From Podarcis liolepis (taxonomy: Eukaryota), in NCBI GenBank assembly GCA_965112155.1, contig OZ218105.1: a DNA stretch of 64,000 nucleotides; one strand, written 5' to 3'. Positions within the stretch are counted from its first letter, which is position 1. Each line of letters begins with the position of its first letter. Below the pieces are notes generated by a model. The model was not told the origin of the DNA. It did no database searches and saw only the letters and a list, made by a program, of their open reading frames with translations. A program made the position numbers and the translations under genes. This document shows, one piece after another, positions 11,393-25,300 of this stretch.

Positions 11393-13822
11393 CTGCTCAC
11401 CAAACTCCTCTTTGGCATTGGCATCCCCACAGTTGCCATCCACAAGAACCACCTGAGAGCTATCATTGCATAGCAAGTTTTCTGCCACCTGGATATGGGG
11501 TTTTGGGAAAGAGATCTCCTCTTTCCTCATCTCTGACGATAGACAGAGTTGGTAGGAATAAGGTAAAGTTCCTTCTTCATAGTTTGGTGGAAATATGACC
11601 TGCGCCTTAGAAAAAGCATTAGGTTCAAAGCATTGGAATAATTTGGGATTTCCTGATTGTCGAAGTTTCATGACAATGACCAGTATCACCGTCAGGAGGA
11701 ATAAAAATGAGATCAATGCCAAAGCCAGCACCAAGTAAAACTGGAGATCAGAATGATGTTCTGTGTCACTGGATTGCCTAGTCATTTCTGGAAGTGCCTC
11801 TTGGAAGTTCTCGGCAATCACAAGGTTGAGGACCACAGTAGCTGAGAGTGGAGCCTTCCCATTGTCCTTCACCAAGATGACCAGCTTCTGTTTCACAGCA
11901 TCTTTCTCCAGAAGGGCTCGTGACGTCCTGATCTCTCCCGTATGGGTCCCAATGGTGAAGAGGGCCGGCTCTGTGGCCTGCAGCACTTGGTAGGAGAGCC
12001 AGGCATTGTGCCCAGAGTCAGCGTCCACAGCCACCACTTTGGTCACGAGGTAGCCTGGCTCTGCCGAGTGAGGAACCATCTCAAACAAGGCAGAGCCCTC
12101 AACACCCGGGACAGGATACAGAACGCGAGGGCTGTTATCGTTCTGATCCAAAATGTACACCCACACGGTGGCGTTGTTGCTGAGAGAGGGAGAGCCGCCA
12201 TCTTGGGCTTTCACTTGGATCTGAAACTCCCTGAACTGCTCATAGTCAAAGGAGCGCTGTGCATAGATAGTTCCTGTCTCAGAGTTGATGGAGACGTAAG
12301 AGGAGAGAGGCAGCTCCTCCATGTTGCTGTTGAGGATGGAGTAAGTGATACGTGAGTTGCGGTCCAGATCCGGGTCCGAAGCTTTGATGGAGAAAATGGA
12401 GGCACCTGAGGGATTGTTTTCAGGCACAAAGACACTGTAGGTTGATTTTTCAAAGGCAGGGGGGTTGTCATTGATATCTGAAATCTGCAGGAAGATGGTT
12501 TTGTTGGAGGAGAGAGGGGGGCTACCTTTGTCGGTGGCCGTGATTGTGATGTTGTATCCTGAGGCTTTTTCTCTGTCCAAAGGACTGTCTGTAAGGATTT
12601 TGTAGTAGTTCTTAGATGTTGACACTATTTTAAATGGTACATTACTTTGTAAGTGGCAGGTGATCTTTCCATTTTCTCCCGAATCCCTATCCTTTACGTT
12701 GATGAGAGCTATTACTGTTTCAGAAACAGAATCTTCAGGAACTGGACTAGATAAGGAGGCTAGAATAATTTCTGGAGCATTATCATTCTCATCTATAATC
12801 TTTATATCAACATTACAGTGAGCCACTAATCCACCTCCATCTCTTGCTTCAACTGCCATAATGTACTTCTCTGTTTTCTCAAAGTCAAGGGTCTCCTTAA
12901 TTGTAATTGTTCCACTTTGTGGATCTAATCTAAATTTCTGGTAGACTTCTTCTGGAACTTTACTGAATGTGTAACTGATCTGACTATTTGAACCTTCATC
13001 CCTATCAGAGGCTTTTACTTGGAGTATGGGGGACCCCACAGGGGAATTTTCCCTCAGGCTAACTGTATAAACCTCTTGAGTGAAGACTGGTGGGTTGTCA
13101 TTGGCATCTGTGACGTTAATCCATATCTGGGCAGTCCCAGTTTTTTTGGGTTCACCTCCATCAAGAGCTGTAAGGATCAACTGAAGCGAGTGCTCACTTT
13201 CCCGATCCAAAGGTTTTTGCAGCACCAACTCTGCATTTTTATGGCCATCTAGACTGTGTTTAATTTCTAATACAAAGAACTGATTTAGGTTTAACTGGTA
13301 GTTTTGGAGAGAATTAATCCCAATATCAGGATCTTCAGCTTTCCCAAGGAGAAATCTGGCACCTGGCAATGTGGATTCAATTATTTCCAGTCTAATATTG
13401 GCTTCTAAGAAATGTGGGGCGTTATCATTAATGTCCTGAATTGCTACACTTACATGGAAAACATTCAATGGCTTTTCAACCATCGCTTCAAAATCAATAA
13501 GGCAGTGTGTGCTCTCTCTACACATCCCCTCACGATCTATCCTCTCATTCACATACAGGTTTCCATTTTCAGCATTGATAGTGAAATATGGCTTTTTACC
13601 TTCAGAAATGATATGCAGGTTTCTGCTCTTCAGTTCTCTGGCATTCAGTCCTAGATCCTTGGCAAGATTTCCCACCAAAGATCCCTTTGCCATCTCCTCA
13701 CGGATGGAATAGTGAACCTCTTCCAAAACTGCTCCACAGAACAAAGATGAAAATATCAGAAGTGTTATATACCTTCCTGGTGTTTGAAAGCTCTCTCCAC
13801 GAAGGATTCCTCTCATCTTCAT
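11393..13822 (-). CDS. PCDHGB: Protocadherin gamma B-like variable exon 3 (810 codons)
   Basis: Track ORF 11357-13846 starts at GTG; first ATG is 13822. Motifs [19 protein letters not shown] and [13 protein letters not shown]. Donor CAG|GTAAGT at 11393. Confidence 0.95.
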
Positions 13823-14042
13823 TTTCCTCTTCTCTTTGATGAGCACAGGATTTCAGATTTCCCCCCAGTAAAAAAAGAACTGGATCCTTTGGCTTAATTT
13901 GTATATGCTGCAGTGTTTTCTGTTTTCCAGCTGAAACATTCGTTCCAGCGTCTGCTGGTATTCCCGATGTGCAGTTTGGGACAAAGAGATCTCTCTGCAG
14001 AAAGCATCAGTGGAACTTCAGCTGCCCATGGATTGCCGCCTT

Positions 14043-14082
14043 GTCCAACAGTGACACTGTGAGTCTGAAACCAAGAACTGCA
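14043..14082 (-). promoter_or_regulatory. CSE / CTCF site of exon 3 (CACT variant)
   Basis: Plus strand gtccaacagtgacactgtgagtctgaaaccaagaactgca, 221 bp upstream of the ATG. Confidence 0.85.
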
Positions 14083-16243
14083 ATCTTTTCCCAATGATTT
14101 TTCTTCCCTAATTCATGACATAGTAGTATTTTTATGTAATGACTCAGACCATATTCTCATACAGGTTATTTGAATATGCCTGTTGGAAAGTGTTATCTGT
14201 TCACCATTACAGTAGGTTAAAAGGAATCAGCTTCAAATTAATATTTACAGCAAAGAAAAAGTGGTAATCAATTTATAGCCCTATTTCCAATATTTTTTTA
14301 GGAAAAATCAGAATAGCAGACTGCAGTATGAGAATGCTATCGTTGATTATAATAAAACACTTTAAAACAAATTTGAAAAATATTGTATTAGGTATTTACA
14401 GGCATCTTAGACTGTGTGTGGAAAACCTAAGGACATGTCTGAAAATTGTGTTTATCTTTACATAATTTCACTGAAAATAGTGCCACATCTCAAGTCCTAT
14501 TTTGTCACCTTATGTCCACACGATTTCTGGTCTGTTTGTGTAGCTTTCTCCTTCAACAGATGTACTGTGTCAGTATTTACCTTTGCCATTTTCCCCACCT
14601 GCCCATTTGTCCAGTTACGATAGACACTTTGCTGATTTCATTTAGTTTGTGGTGTGTGCTATTCACCTTACACAACACCCCAGCTACTTCACAATATCAC
14701 AGTTATGGTTAATCCTCTCTACGTATGCAAACAATATGGAGATCCCTATTTTGCCGGGGGACGAGATAAGACAACCAGAAAGCTACTCAGAAATCTCAGC
14801 AGTCCTTTCAGTATTTTAGGAAGTTACATGTGGTCTCCAGCTGTCAATGCAACTTCATTTAATCAAGGAACAAAACTGAATAAATAAGCCCTGGGTGTTA
14901 TATCCTGGATCTCAAATGTTCTGAGCTTTCCCCTCCATTTTTAAACTTCTTTTTCTTTGTTTCCTGAGCACACTGCAATTGTTAGTCATGGTCCTGTGCC
15001 CTTATTCCTTCCAGCAGCTAGCAACAACCCTGCCAAGAACATTCCTCCATCCTCATATCTGCCCTACTGGCCATGAGCCCAGCAGGGAGTTGGAGGGGGT
15101 TGTTCATTGCAGGCTTAAGGAACTCAAGTACCTGCTAAGATATCCCACAATGCTATGATCAGAAATACAATTGTCCATCTATTCATGCATTCATGCCATG
15201 TAAGTATCATAGCTAACATGTTGGTAGAGGAGTTCGAGAATTCAACATGCTTCATGTATATTGAGCTGGTCTCATGTGAAAAACTGTGAACCAGGAATTC
15301 CATGGTATGAATTTTGCCTCTGACAGGAACTCACTTATATAAGAATTCTAAGATAATGTGTCAAATCCAGACTTCATCATACTTAAAGTAGCCCCACTTA
15401 AACAAATTTGACTTAAATTAGTCTTGTTTGACTAATTGATCCAAGGATAACTAATTCTGAATTTGACCCATTATATGCAATGCCCTTTGAAACTTATAAA
15501 TATCATATACACAGTATCATTATTATTGTCTATATCATGAGGCAGAAATACATGACGCTGGCAGTGCAATCTGGCCGGTAGCATTATTGAAAAAACTGTC
15601 ATGGAGATTGAATAAAGCAAGAGGCCGGGGGAAATATGATAACTTTTATGCAGTCTTGGATGACTTATAGATTATACAAACAATGAGGCATGTGGCAGAA
15701 CGGTGCCTTGGCATAGCTGTCAACTTTTCCCTTTGCTTGCAAGGAATCCTATTTGGAATAAGGGAATTTCCCTTGAAAAATGGGAAATGTTGACAGCTAT
15801 GTGCCTTGGCCTACAGCACAGTTTGGTGTGCATATTTTATTTTATTTTTCCTGCTTCCTTCTTGCCTTTGTATAATCCCTGCAGACCAACACTGCTGCTG
15901 ATACAATATATATTTGTAGTTGTGATCAACAGTCAAAGAGATGGAGGTTATTATGTACCATTTTGTTTCTGTTGAGATTGAAATGATTTTAGAATATACA
16001 CTTTAGCAAAGCTCTGTGGAGTATTTGAAAATAACTCTCTGGCTGTATGTAGTTGTTTTATTTTTGTTTTAAATAAATTTTAAAAATAAATAAATGCACA
16101 ATGCATGTCTTTAACAAAATATCCCACATTATCCATCCGCCTGTCCGCCTTTCAGACAGTTGTTTAGAAAGAGCTTTAATGCAATGTGGTTTCACTTAAA
16201 GAAATATGGGGGCTGGAAATATCCACAATCTACTCTAGAAGGC

Positions 16244-16269
16244 CAGTCAGTCAGTCAGTCAGTCAGTCA
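16244..16269. repeat. (CAGT)n microsatellite
   Basis: About 6 units. Present only in copy 2 of duplication A. Confidence 0.9.
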
Positions 16270-16836
16270 ATCCGTCTTGACATGACTTTTTTTTTACATC
16301 ACTCATGCAGGAACACACATGCCTATGAATTTGATTTTATGGAGAAGGAAGTAAAGCATAATTTACAGACACCTCTCAAAAGCGTATATCTTTAAAAGTT
16401 ATTGCTTTAAAAAATTGCTAGTAATACTAATAACAGTGACAGTATTTTCTGCTATATAGCAAGGTGCCCTCCTTTGATTCTACAGCCAAAATTTCTGCTC
16501 CCCCCCAAAGCCAAGTAATGTGAAAAGCAAAGTTCTTTTTAATGAAAGTAGTTGAAGGTCAACTCCTCAAAATACTAGTTGTTCAAATGACAACAAGATA
16601 AGTTATACCAGATGGTTTCAAGGGCATGGCCCGAAGCTGCAATGTGTAGCTTCCCCATGGAGTGAAAAGGATGCATCCTGATTCATGAAAGCCAAATGAT
16701 GTAAGAGCCAAACTTTTCATTTATATGATGAAATATAAAAGGCAGTCACATTAGCTGGATAAAAAGCACTCTGACAATGTCACTAATGGCAAAGAATGAT
16801 AGATAATGGCATTTAATTTCAGAAAACAAACCTTAC

Positions 16837-19257
16837 CTGTTCTCCATTATCTACTGCAGAATCAAAATTGTTTCCACTGTTGCCTGTAAAAGGCACAGCA
16901 GGTTTTTCACTGCCAATAATATTGTCTACCATCTGAACATTGGGTGTCAGGAAGGCAAATTCATTCTTCCTGGTCTCAGAAGACAGACACAGCTGGTAGG
17001 AATAGGGCAAAGTCCCATCTTCAAAGTTGGGTGGGAAGATGGCACCATTCTTGGAATGGGGAACAGGACCAAAGCACTGTAGGAACCTGGGATGCCCTGA
17101 CTGACGGAGCTTCATTGTAACGGCCAGAATGACAGTCAAGAGGAACAAGAAGGAGATCACAGCTAAGGCCAGCACCAAGTAGAACTGCAGGTCAGACTGA
17201 TACTCCGAGCTGCTGGGTTGGCTCTTCATTTCCGGAAGGGCCTCCTGAAAGTTCTCAGCAAACACCAGGTTCAGAGTCATGGTGGCCGAGAGAGACGGCT
17301 GCCCATTATCCTTCACCATAATGACCAGTCTCTGTTTCACAGCGTCTCTCTCCACAAAGGCCCTGGCGGTCCTGATCTCTCCAGTATGAGAACCAACCAT
17401 GAAGAGTGCCGGCTCAGTGGCCTGAGTCAGGTGGTAGGAGAGCCAGGCGTTGTGTCCAGAATCTGCATCCACGGCCACCACCTTGGTGACAAGATAATCT
17501 GCCTCGGCCGAACGAGGCACCATCTCAAACAAGGCTGAGCCCTTGGCTTCTTGTGAGGGGGACAGGATACGAGGGCTGTTATCATTCCTGTCAAGAACAA
17601 ACACCCTGACGGTCACATTGCTGCTGAGAGGGGGAGAACCCCCATCTTGGGCCTTCACTTGCAGCCGGAACTCTCTGAATTGTTCATAGTCAAAGGATCT
17701 CTGGGCATAGATGGTGCCAGTCTCTGAATTAATGGAGATATAGGAGGAGATGGGAAGCTCCTCAATGTTGCTGTTGAGGATGGAGTATGTGATCCGTGAG
17801 TTCTGGTCCATGTCGGAATCAGAGGCTTTGATGGTGAAAATGGAGGCACCTGAAGGATTGTTTTCTGGCACATAGATGCTGTAGAATGGCTTCTGAAAGG
17901 AAGGGGCATTATCATTGATATCTGAGATCTGTAGTGAGATCGTTTTGTGTGTGGAAAGAGGTGGAGTTCCTTTATCAGTGGCTGTGATTGTAATATTATA
18001 TGCAGGAGCTATTTCTCTGTCCAAAGGACTGTCTGTCTGGAGCTTAAAGTAGTTATTAGATGAGGGAAGAATTTTGAAGGGTAAATCATCCTGTAAATAG
18101 CAAGTAACCTTCCCATTATCTCCACTATCTCTGTCATTTACATTGATCAGAGCAATAACAGTTCCTGGCAGAGAATCTTCAGGAACAGGACTGAACATGG
18201 AGGCTAACGTCACCTCTGGGGCATTATCGTTCTCATCAAGTACAGTTATTTCAATGTTGGATTGTGCCACCAATCCACCACCATCTTTGGCTTCTACTGC
18301 CATGGTATATTCTTTAGTTTCCTCAAAGTTGAGCAGTCCCGTAAGAGTGACTATGCCATTAATTGGATCCAAACTGAATTTCTTGTGGCTGTTTGCTGGT
18401 ATGTTGCTGAACTGATACCTGATCTGAGCATAAGAGCTTTCATCTTTATCTGAGGCTACAACCTGGAGCACAAGTGACCCAACAGGAACATTTTCAGGTA
18501 TATTGACTTTGTACACCTCCTGAGTGAAAACAGGTGGGTTGTCATTGGCATCTGTGACATTAATTCGTATCTGGACAGTCCCAGTTTTTCTTGGTTCGCC
18601 CCCATCCAAGGCTGTAAGGATCAAGTGAATTGTCTGTTCACTTTCTCGATCCATAACTTTACTTAGCACTAATTCAGCATATTTATTTCCATCTTTTCTC
18701 TCCCTTACTTCCAAGGTGAAGTACTGGTTGGAGCTCAGCTGGTAATTCTGGAGAGAGTTCAACCCAATATCAGGATCTTCTGCTTTCCCAAGGAGAAATC
18801 TGGTTCCTAGAACAGTTGATTCTATGATCTCCAAGTTGATTATATCACCAAGAAAATGTGGTGCATTATCATTAATATCCTGTATAACTATTGTTATATG
18901 GAAAACATTTAAAGGATTTTCCATCACCACTTCAAAATTAATAAGGCAGAGTAGAGTTGTGCCACATATTTCCTCCCTATCAATTCTGTCATTCACATAA
19001 AGGTTTCCATTGTCTGCACTTATACTGAAATACTGCATTTTGTTCACAGAGGCAGCATGCAGATTGCGCCTTCCTAGATCTCTGGCATTCAGTCCCAAAT
19101 CTTTGGCAAGATTTCCCACAATCGAACCCTTTGCCATCTCCTCAGGGATAGAATAGCGAATCTGCTCTGAGGCAGCCCAGCAGGAGAAAGGCAAAAATAA
19201 GAGAAGCAGTACTTGCCTTCTGAATGTTCTGCCATCCTCTTCCTGCCTTTTGTCCAT
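16837..19257 (-). CDS. PCDHGB: Protocadherin gamma B-like variable exon 4 (807 codons)
   Basis: Track ORF 16819-19266 starts at GTG; ATG at 19257 (MDKRQ). Six EC repeats plus TM. Donor CAG|GTAAGG at 16837. Confidence 0.95.
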
Positions 19258-19523
19258 CCAGATCACTGAGAAATTTTCTGCCTCCTTTTCTGCAGCTTGT
19301 AGTGACCAGATCAGTTTCTCAATAGCACAGAGGAAATCTCTGTAAGTAAATATAAACTGTCTTCCTTCTTAGATTGTGAGGATTGGGAGCCTTTTCCTTT
19401 TTTTCAGCCAGACTGCAACGCCTTTGTGTTTTTCTCTTCGTCCAGTCTGTACAGAACTGATGAAACACTCACTTTGTAGGAGAAGCATAACTAGATCTCC
19501 ATCCTTTTTTCTGGCACCACACT

Positions 19524-19563
19524 GGCCAACAGTGACACTCTGAGGCTCAGAGAGAGAATTGCA
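19524..19563 (-). promoter_or_regulatory. CSE / CTCF site of exon 4 (CACT variant)
   Basis: Plus strand ggccaacagtgacactctgaggctcagagagagaattgca, 267 bp upstream of the ATG. Confidence 0.85.
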
Positions 19564-19902
19564 AATGTTGTTTTGTTATGAAAATAAAAAGCAGAAATAC
19601 TACCAGTATGATCCAGTAAAAAGGACAACTGAAAGAGTCAGATATTTGAGAATGCCCTCGTTTGGCTCTTTTGGAATTAATACTTCATTGCTTTTTAGAC
19701 TCACTTTTTAGATTTTTTCATGCTGGCCAGTGACTTTTAATGTCTTGGAACTGCTACTGTGACTATGAAGAGAACTTTCAAACTCCATGATCAGGCAATA
19801 CCTTCGTTATTGCCAACAAAAATGCCACAAATTCTAGCCCCTGAAATTGTCATATCAGAAATTTCCAGAGATGCAGTATTTTTACAATTCCATTTGCAGA
19901 AG

Positions 19903-20336
19903 TGTAATGGTTCTAGGGGTTGCTCGTACGTAAGCTTGTCCCAACACCTGGCTGGGTTGCCTGAGTGAACCTTTCCTGTCCGAGCAGCCACTCACCCGTG
20001 ACTGTCTCAATTGCTGGCAGAATCCGTCAGTGGGCATTTCTTAAACTTCTTCCAGCAAAGAAGCTCTTTGACGCCCAGTCTCCTCCTACTCTCCCTGCGC
20101 GGAAGCCTTCTGCGCAAGGAGGGCGTAGGCAGCGGAGGACCCCTACTCTCCCTGCTGGTCCCCAGCAAGGAGTCATGGGACCGCCTCGCCGATTCCCCCA
20201 TCTGCCCCCTTCTCCACTGGAGCTAGGCTGATTCTCTTCCCCAGAAGATGGGCTGCCTCTCCCACTCCCGGGACGCTCTCTGGGATCCCTCTGGAGCTTG
20301 CTCTCTCCCTCGGACACTGATGGCAGTTCCCTGACA
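19903..20336. mobile_element. Solo LTR (Gypsy/ERV-like), 434 bp
   Basis: TGT...ACA termini flanked by a perfect 5-bp TSD AGAAG (19898-19902 and 20337-20341). GC/CpG-rich relative to the flanks. Confidence 0.8.
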
Positions 20337-20833
20337 AGAAGTATTTACATTTTCTCAATCAGAAGCTCATACTTTATTGGACACTTCTGCCTGACCAGAG
20401 ATCTCTCTGTGTAACCTTTTTGGGAAAAATGAATAGCGTTAAAGCTGGAGCTAGATGTTCTTTCAAAGGATGTGGGGCTGGCATCAAAAGCAGCAGTTCT
20501 GTGTCTCTCCCTCTCACCAAAAGAACTCAAAGTAAAACAAAAGGTGTAACATGATGCCATTGCTTTCAAAGCTTCACCACCCATGCATGTGGCAACCAAT
20601 GAAGTGAGGAAAAATGCAACAAGATTCATTAGATGTTACAGCTTACAGAAAAGGAGAAGATGTGGGGTTGCTGCTTTTGGCGTTGGCATATATCCTTCTG
20701 CACGGGACTGTCTCAGATGGGCATTGAGGGCAAGGGAGGTTCTAATGCTAGTGGGACAAGCAGCCAATAAACCCAACCACCCATGTATGTACTTCTCATA
20801 CTTCGTGACTTTACCAAATACTTGTGTCAATTA

Positions 20834-21199
20834 CCCGTATTTTTCGCTCTATAACACGCACCAGACCATAACACGCACATAGTTTTTAGAGGAGGAAAAC
20901 AAGAAAAAAAATATTCTAAACAAAATAGTGGATATATGATTTTTGTGGTTCATGCTGTGGCCACAGACATGTGACCTGACAGTGAGTTTGGAGTAGCCCA
21001 ATGCAAAAATCCTGAGGATCCATGTGGATCCATGCTTTGTAACCACGGAGGAGGGAAGGAAGGGGAACCATGGATCCTCTGCTCACGACTGCAGCAGATC
21101 CCCCCCCCCACCTGCAGGCATTCACTCCATAACACGCACAGACATTTCCCCTTACTTTCTAGGAGGAAAAAAGTGAGTGTTATGGTGCAAAAAATACGG
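20834..21199. mobile_element. Tc2/pogo-like MITE, family 3
   Basis: Imperfect TIRs CCGTATTTTTCGCTCTATAA / TTATGGTGCAAAAAATACGG with TA flanks. Arms shared with 28455-28713. Confidence 0.85.
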
Positions 21200-21389
21200 T
21201 ACATTGTCTGCATATCATACATACAGGCTGCATGTTCCCCTGGCTTTGTCATCTTACCATTATGGAGGATCATGAGCAATCCAGACATCCTAAAAACTAT
21301 GCTGCTGTACAGTTCTAGGACGAGACACCAGAGAAGACCACATTTTCCATCAAGTGGCTCTTCTCGGTCTCACGGAGAGATCGTTCTCA

Positions 21390-21710
21390 TGGAGAGGGTA
21401 AGAATTGAATCTGGGACCTTCTGAGTACAACAAACTATAGAATTCTACCACTCAGCTATAGAATTCCAAATGTGGGGGAGTAGAGATTATTATTGGTCAC
21501 CTGTTTATCCCACTTTTCCTCCAAGAAGTTCAGGGCAGCTTAGAGGTAAGTGGGTGTGGGATCATTCCATTTTATCTTCTCAACAACCCTGGAGAAAGGC
21601 CAGGCTGAGAGAGATGTGACCAACACTGCCCAGTGAGCTTCTTTTTGGATGAGTAATTATTTGAACTTAAGATTCCATGGTTCAACATTCTGTCCATTGC
21701 ACCACAGGCT
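21390..21710 (-). mobile_element. Old SINE fragments (tRNA head plus MIR/core-like SINE)
   Basis: gaattgaatctgggaccttct...ctaccactcagctat and ccattttatc..caacaaccctg...aggctgagaga...cccagtgagcttc. Highly degraded. Confidence 0.45.
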
Positions 21711-22888
21711 TCAAATATAGAACCTCTCAAAGCTGCCATACCTAAGCATTGCCACAATACACTTATTATTAATATGTCTACTTATGTGAAACATATTCTG
21801 TTCATACTTGAGATACTTTTTCTATATATTTCTCATTCTTTGCTTTCTCCTAAAATGGTAAAAACATAAGCTGAAATCACTATGCATAGACTGCTGGTTA
21901 AAAATAATATACTCTGTCACATAAAGCCAAATTCCTATAACTAAATATTTAATATTATGGAGAATCAAAGACTGCAATGAAGTTGGTTTACAAACAGATG
22001 ACAGTAGGTCCCGTTCCACATGTGAATATTTATCATTTGATGACTGCAGCATCTAGTGTGAACACAGATGTCACACCACAAATAAAATGGCTGAATGTTC
22101 TGAAACACAAACTCAGCCCACAAATCCAACATATCAGTTCAGCTGCCAAGTGATCAAACTGTGTTCACACAGTTAACAAGTGATGTAGTTGTTCACATGA
22201 ACTAGCCCTAGATTTTATACTCAAGGTGTGAAAGCACATAATTAACTCCAAAGGTTTTCATACTTCTCAATAAGATTTGATTAATGCAGTTGTCGTATAA
22301 TGACTGTAATGTTTTAATTTAGCATGTTCTAAAGCTTCCCAATCATCTCAAACTCCTGAACTGTCTCAGACTTCCATTGGGAAAATACAGCTGATGAGTT
22401 TTGATCATATTATGGGTCTGTCACCATATGTGAGGTTAGAAATGAATTTCCCCATCCACAAGAGTGGTGAGTGATAAAACCTGGGTATCGTCCTCCCTTA
22501 GAAGTGTGTGTCATCTAAGAACTAGGCATACATTATACTTCCAACAAGGCAAATAAATGCATAATATTGTTTTGATCTCAAATCTACTTATATAACAACT
22601 ATGAAATAGTTTTTCTTGTCAAAGAGAGTAAGCAAACATTCACTCCGATTCTTTGTTTCCTGGGGGACTCTGTCAAATATTTATTTTGACCAAGAGAAGT
22701 CTAGTTTTTATGGGAAAAAGTGGTGGCATAGGTATTTTCAAATACCAAAAACTATAAGTTTCTGGTAAAGATAAAATAATATGAGTGGAAGAATGTTCTT
22801 CCAAACCCCTCGTCATGAAAGCACATAACAATTAATACAGGCATTATATTTAAAACCTCAGAGCCCAGATCTGAAAGGGATAGCTCAC

Positions 22889-25300
22889 CTGTGTATTGGC
22901 CGAATCTCCATTACTGCTATTAATATCTTCAGCAATGAGGAAGGGATCCTTTATTTCACATGTATCTTTATTGCTCAGAGTATTGGAATAATTTGCCTTA
23001 GAAATATTAAACTGACTTTTCCTAGAGTCTGTGGTGAGAGAAACCTCCTGGCAGTAGGAGTGCAGAAATGCTCGGACTCCATCGATCCCCACAAACTGTG
23101 AGACGGGAGCGCCACTGAAATTCACACTCCCTGACTCAAACAGTTGAGAATTTCTCCACCTGTGCAACTTGATGGCCAGTAACACAAGGAGGAAGATGAA
23201 GAACAAGCAGGAGACAAAAGCCACTGCAAGGACCAGGTAGAAGGTGAGGTCAGACGGAGGCTCTACAGGAGCTGAGATGCTGCTCAGGTCTGAGAGGATT
23301 GCAGGGATGGTGTCAGCCAGCACCACAGTCAGAGTGGCTGAAGCAGAGAGAGGTGGCTGCCCATTGTCCTTGACTAAAACCACCAGGCTTTGCTTGAGGG
23401 CATCTTTCTCCAGAAAGAAGCGGGCCGTCCTGATCTCTCCTGTGTGGAGCCCCAGAGTGAAGAGCCCTGGCTCGGTGGCCTTGATCAGCTGGTAGGAGAG
23501 CCAGGCATTCTGGCCAGAGTCTGCATCCACGGCCACCACCTTAGTGACCAGGTAGCCTGGCTCAGAGGAGCGAGGGGCCAGCTCTATCCCTGTGGAGCCG
23601 TCAGTGGGAGGGGAGGGGTACAGGATTTGGGGAGCGTTGTCATTCTGGTCCAGGATGAAGAGAGTCACTGAGACGTTGGAGCTGAGTGGTGGAGAACCTC
23701 CATCCTGGGCCTTGACCAGGAACTTCATCTCCCTCATCTCCTCATAATCAAAAGAGATCAGGCCATAGACAATCCCAGTCTCAGAGTTAATGGAGAGGAA
23801 GGAAGATACTGGGGAGTCACTGATGTTGTGCTCAATGATGGAATAAGTGACTCTGGAGTTCTCTCCACAGTCTGGATCATCAGCCTTCAGGGAAAATATG
23901 GAGGCCCCTCTTGGGTTGTTCTCCATTAAATAAGAAGTATAAACGGATTGCAGGAAGTGTGGAGGGTTGTCGTTTGTGTCTAAAATCTCAAGTGGAATAA
24001 CAATCGATGTGGAAAGTGGAGGGGCCCCATGATCCGTGACTGTGACAGTGATGTTGTAGGCTGCCACCTGCTCTCTGTCCAGGGCTCTTGCTGTCACCAA
24101 ACTGTAGTAGTTGCCATAGGCTTTTGTCAGTAGAAAGGGGAGGTTGCTGGGGATAGAGCACGTGACTTCTGCATTCTCTGCCGAATCCTCATCTTGCACA
24201 TTCAAAAGGGCTATTGCAGTCGCTGGTGGAGAGTTCTCAGGGATGGAGCTGATAAGTGAAGTTATTTCCAGTGTCGGTGCATTGTCATTTACATCAGTAA
24301 CAAATACTATGACAGTTGATCTGTCCAATAGACCTCCACCATCATGGACCTGGACCTCAATTTCATGAAGAGCAGAGTCCTCATAGTCTAAGCCTCTTGC
24401 AAGTGTAATTTCCCCAGTATGTGAATTCAAATGAAATATTTGTGAAGCCCTTTCTGTGATCTTTCTGAATGAATATTTCAGTTCCTTGTTGACACCTTCA
24501 TCCAGGTCAATGGCTTTTAATATAACCACTGTGGTACCAACAGGAATATCTTCCCTAACGCTTACTTCATAGCTATGGTGGCTAAAAACTGGTGCATTGT
24601 CATTAGCATCTAAAACTGTCACTTGAATCTGTACAGTTCCTGTCCTGACTGGATCTCCCCCATCATATGCTGTGAGGACCAGATTATGAATAGCTTCTTC
24701 TTCACGGTCCAAAGGCCTTTCCAGTACCAATTCAGTGTATTGTCTACCGTCAACTGTCTCTTGCACATTGAGGGAGAAATGGCTACTGTTGCTGAGTTTG
24801 TATCCCTGAAGGGTATTGGTGCCCAAATCAAGATCCTGAGCTTCATCAAGGGGAAAGTGGGTTCCGGGTGCTGTGGTCTCACTCATTCTGAGCTCCAGTT
24901 TCTCTGAATGGAAGGTGGGAGCGTTGTCATTAATATCTGTGATTTCCACTTCAGCACCATATACTTTCATTGAATCCCCCACTATGGTATCAAAATTCAA
25001 GACACACTTTTCCACTTGTCCACAGAGCACCTCTCTGTCTATTCTCTCTGTGACGTACAAATGGCCACTCTTATAATTCAAAGCAAAATACTGTGTCCTA
25101 CCTCGAGAAACAATGCGGACTCCACGGCGTGAGAGCTCTTTTAATTCCAGCTTCAGGTCTTTGGCGATGGGCCCCACGAAAGAACCTTTTTCTGCTTCTT
25201 CAGGGATGGAATAATGAATCTGCCCTGTAACAGCTTGCCAAACATGAACCAGAATGAAACAAAAGACAGCTCTCCTGCAATCCTGGGAAAAGGTTTCCAT
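22889..25300 (-). CDS. PCDHGA: Protocadherin gamma A-like variable exon 5 (804 codons)
   Basis: ORF 22850-25300 with gammaA signatures [35 protein letters not shown] and [22 protein letters not shown]. Donor CAG|GTGAGC at 22889. Confidence 0.95.

Larger units (their letters stand above)
12136..18240. repeat. Segmental tandem duplication A, copy 2 (matches ~1-6760)
   Basis: See copy 1. Non-coding ORF translations are also duplicated (2283/14414, 3477/15703). Confidence 0.9.

Noticed and set aside
13823-13846. ORF-track N-terminal extensions at 13846, 19266 and 56040
   Set aside because: These are GTG starts from the ORF caller. Vertebrate ATGs at 13822, 19257 and 56037 were used instead.
19965-20358. 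Dense overlapping ORFs in a GC-rich patch, suggesting a gene or CpG-island promoter
   Set aside because: Explained by the solo LTR with TSD. GC-rich DNA has few stop codons.
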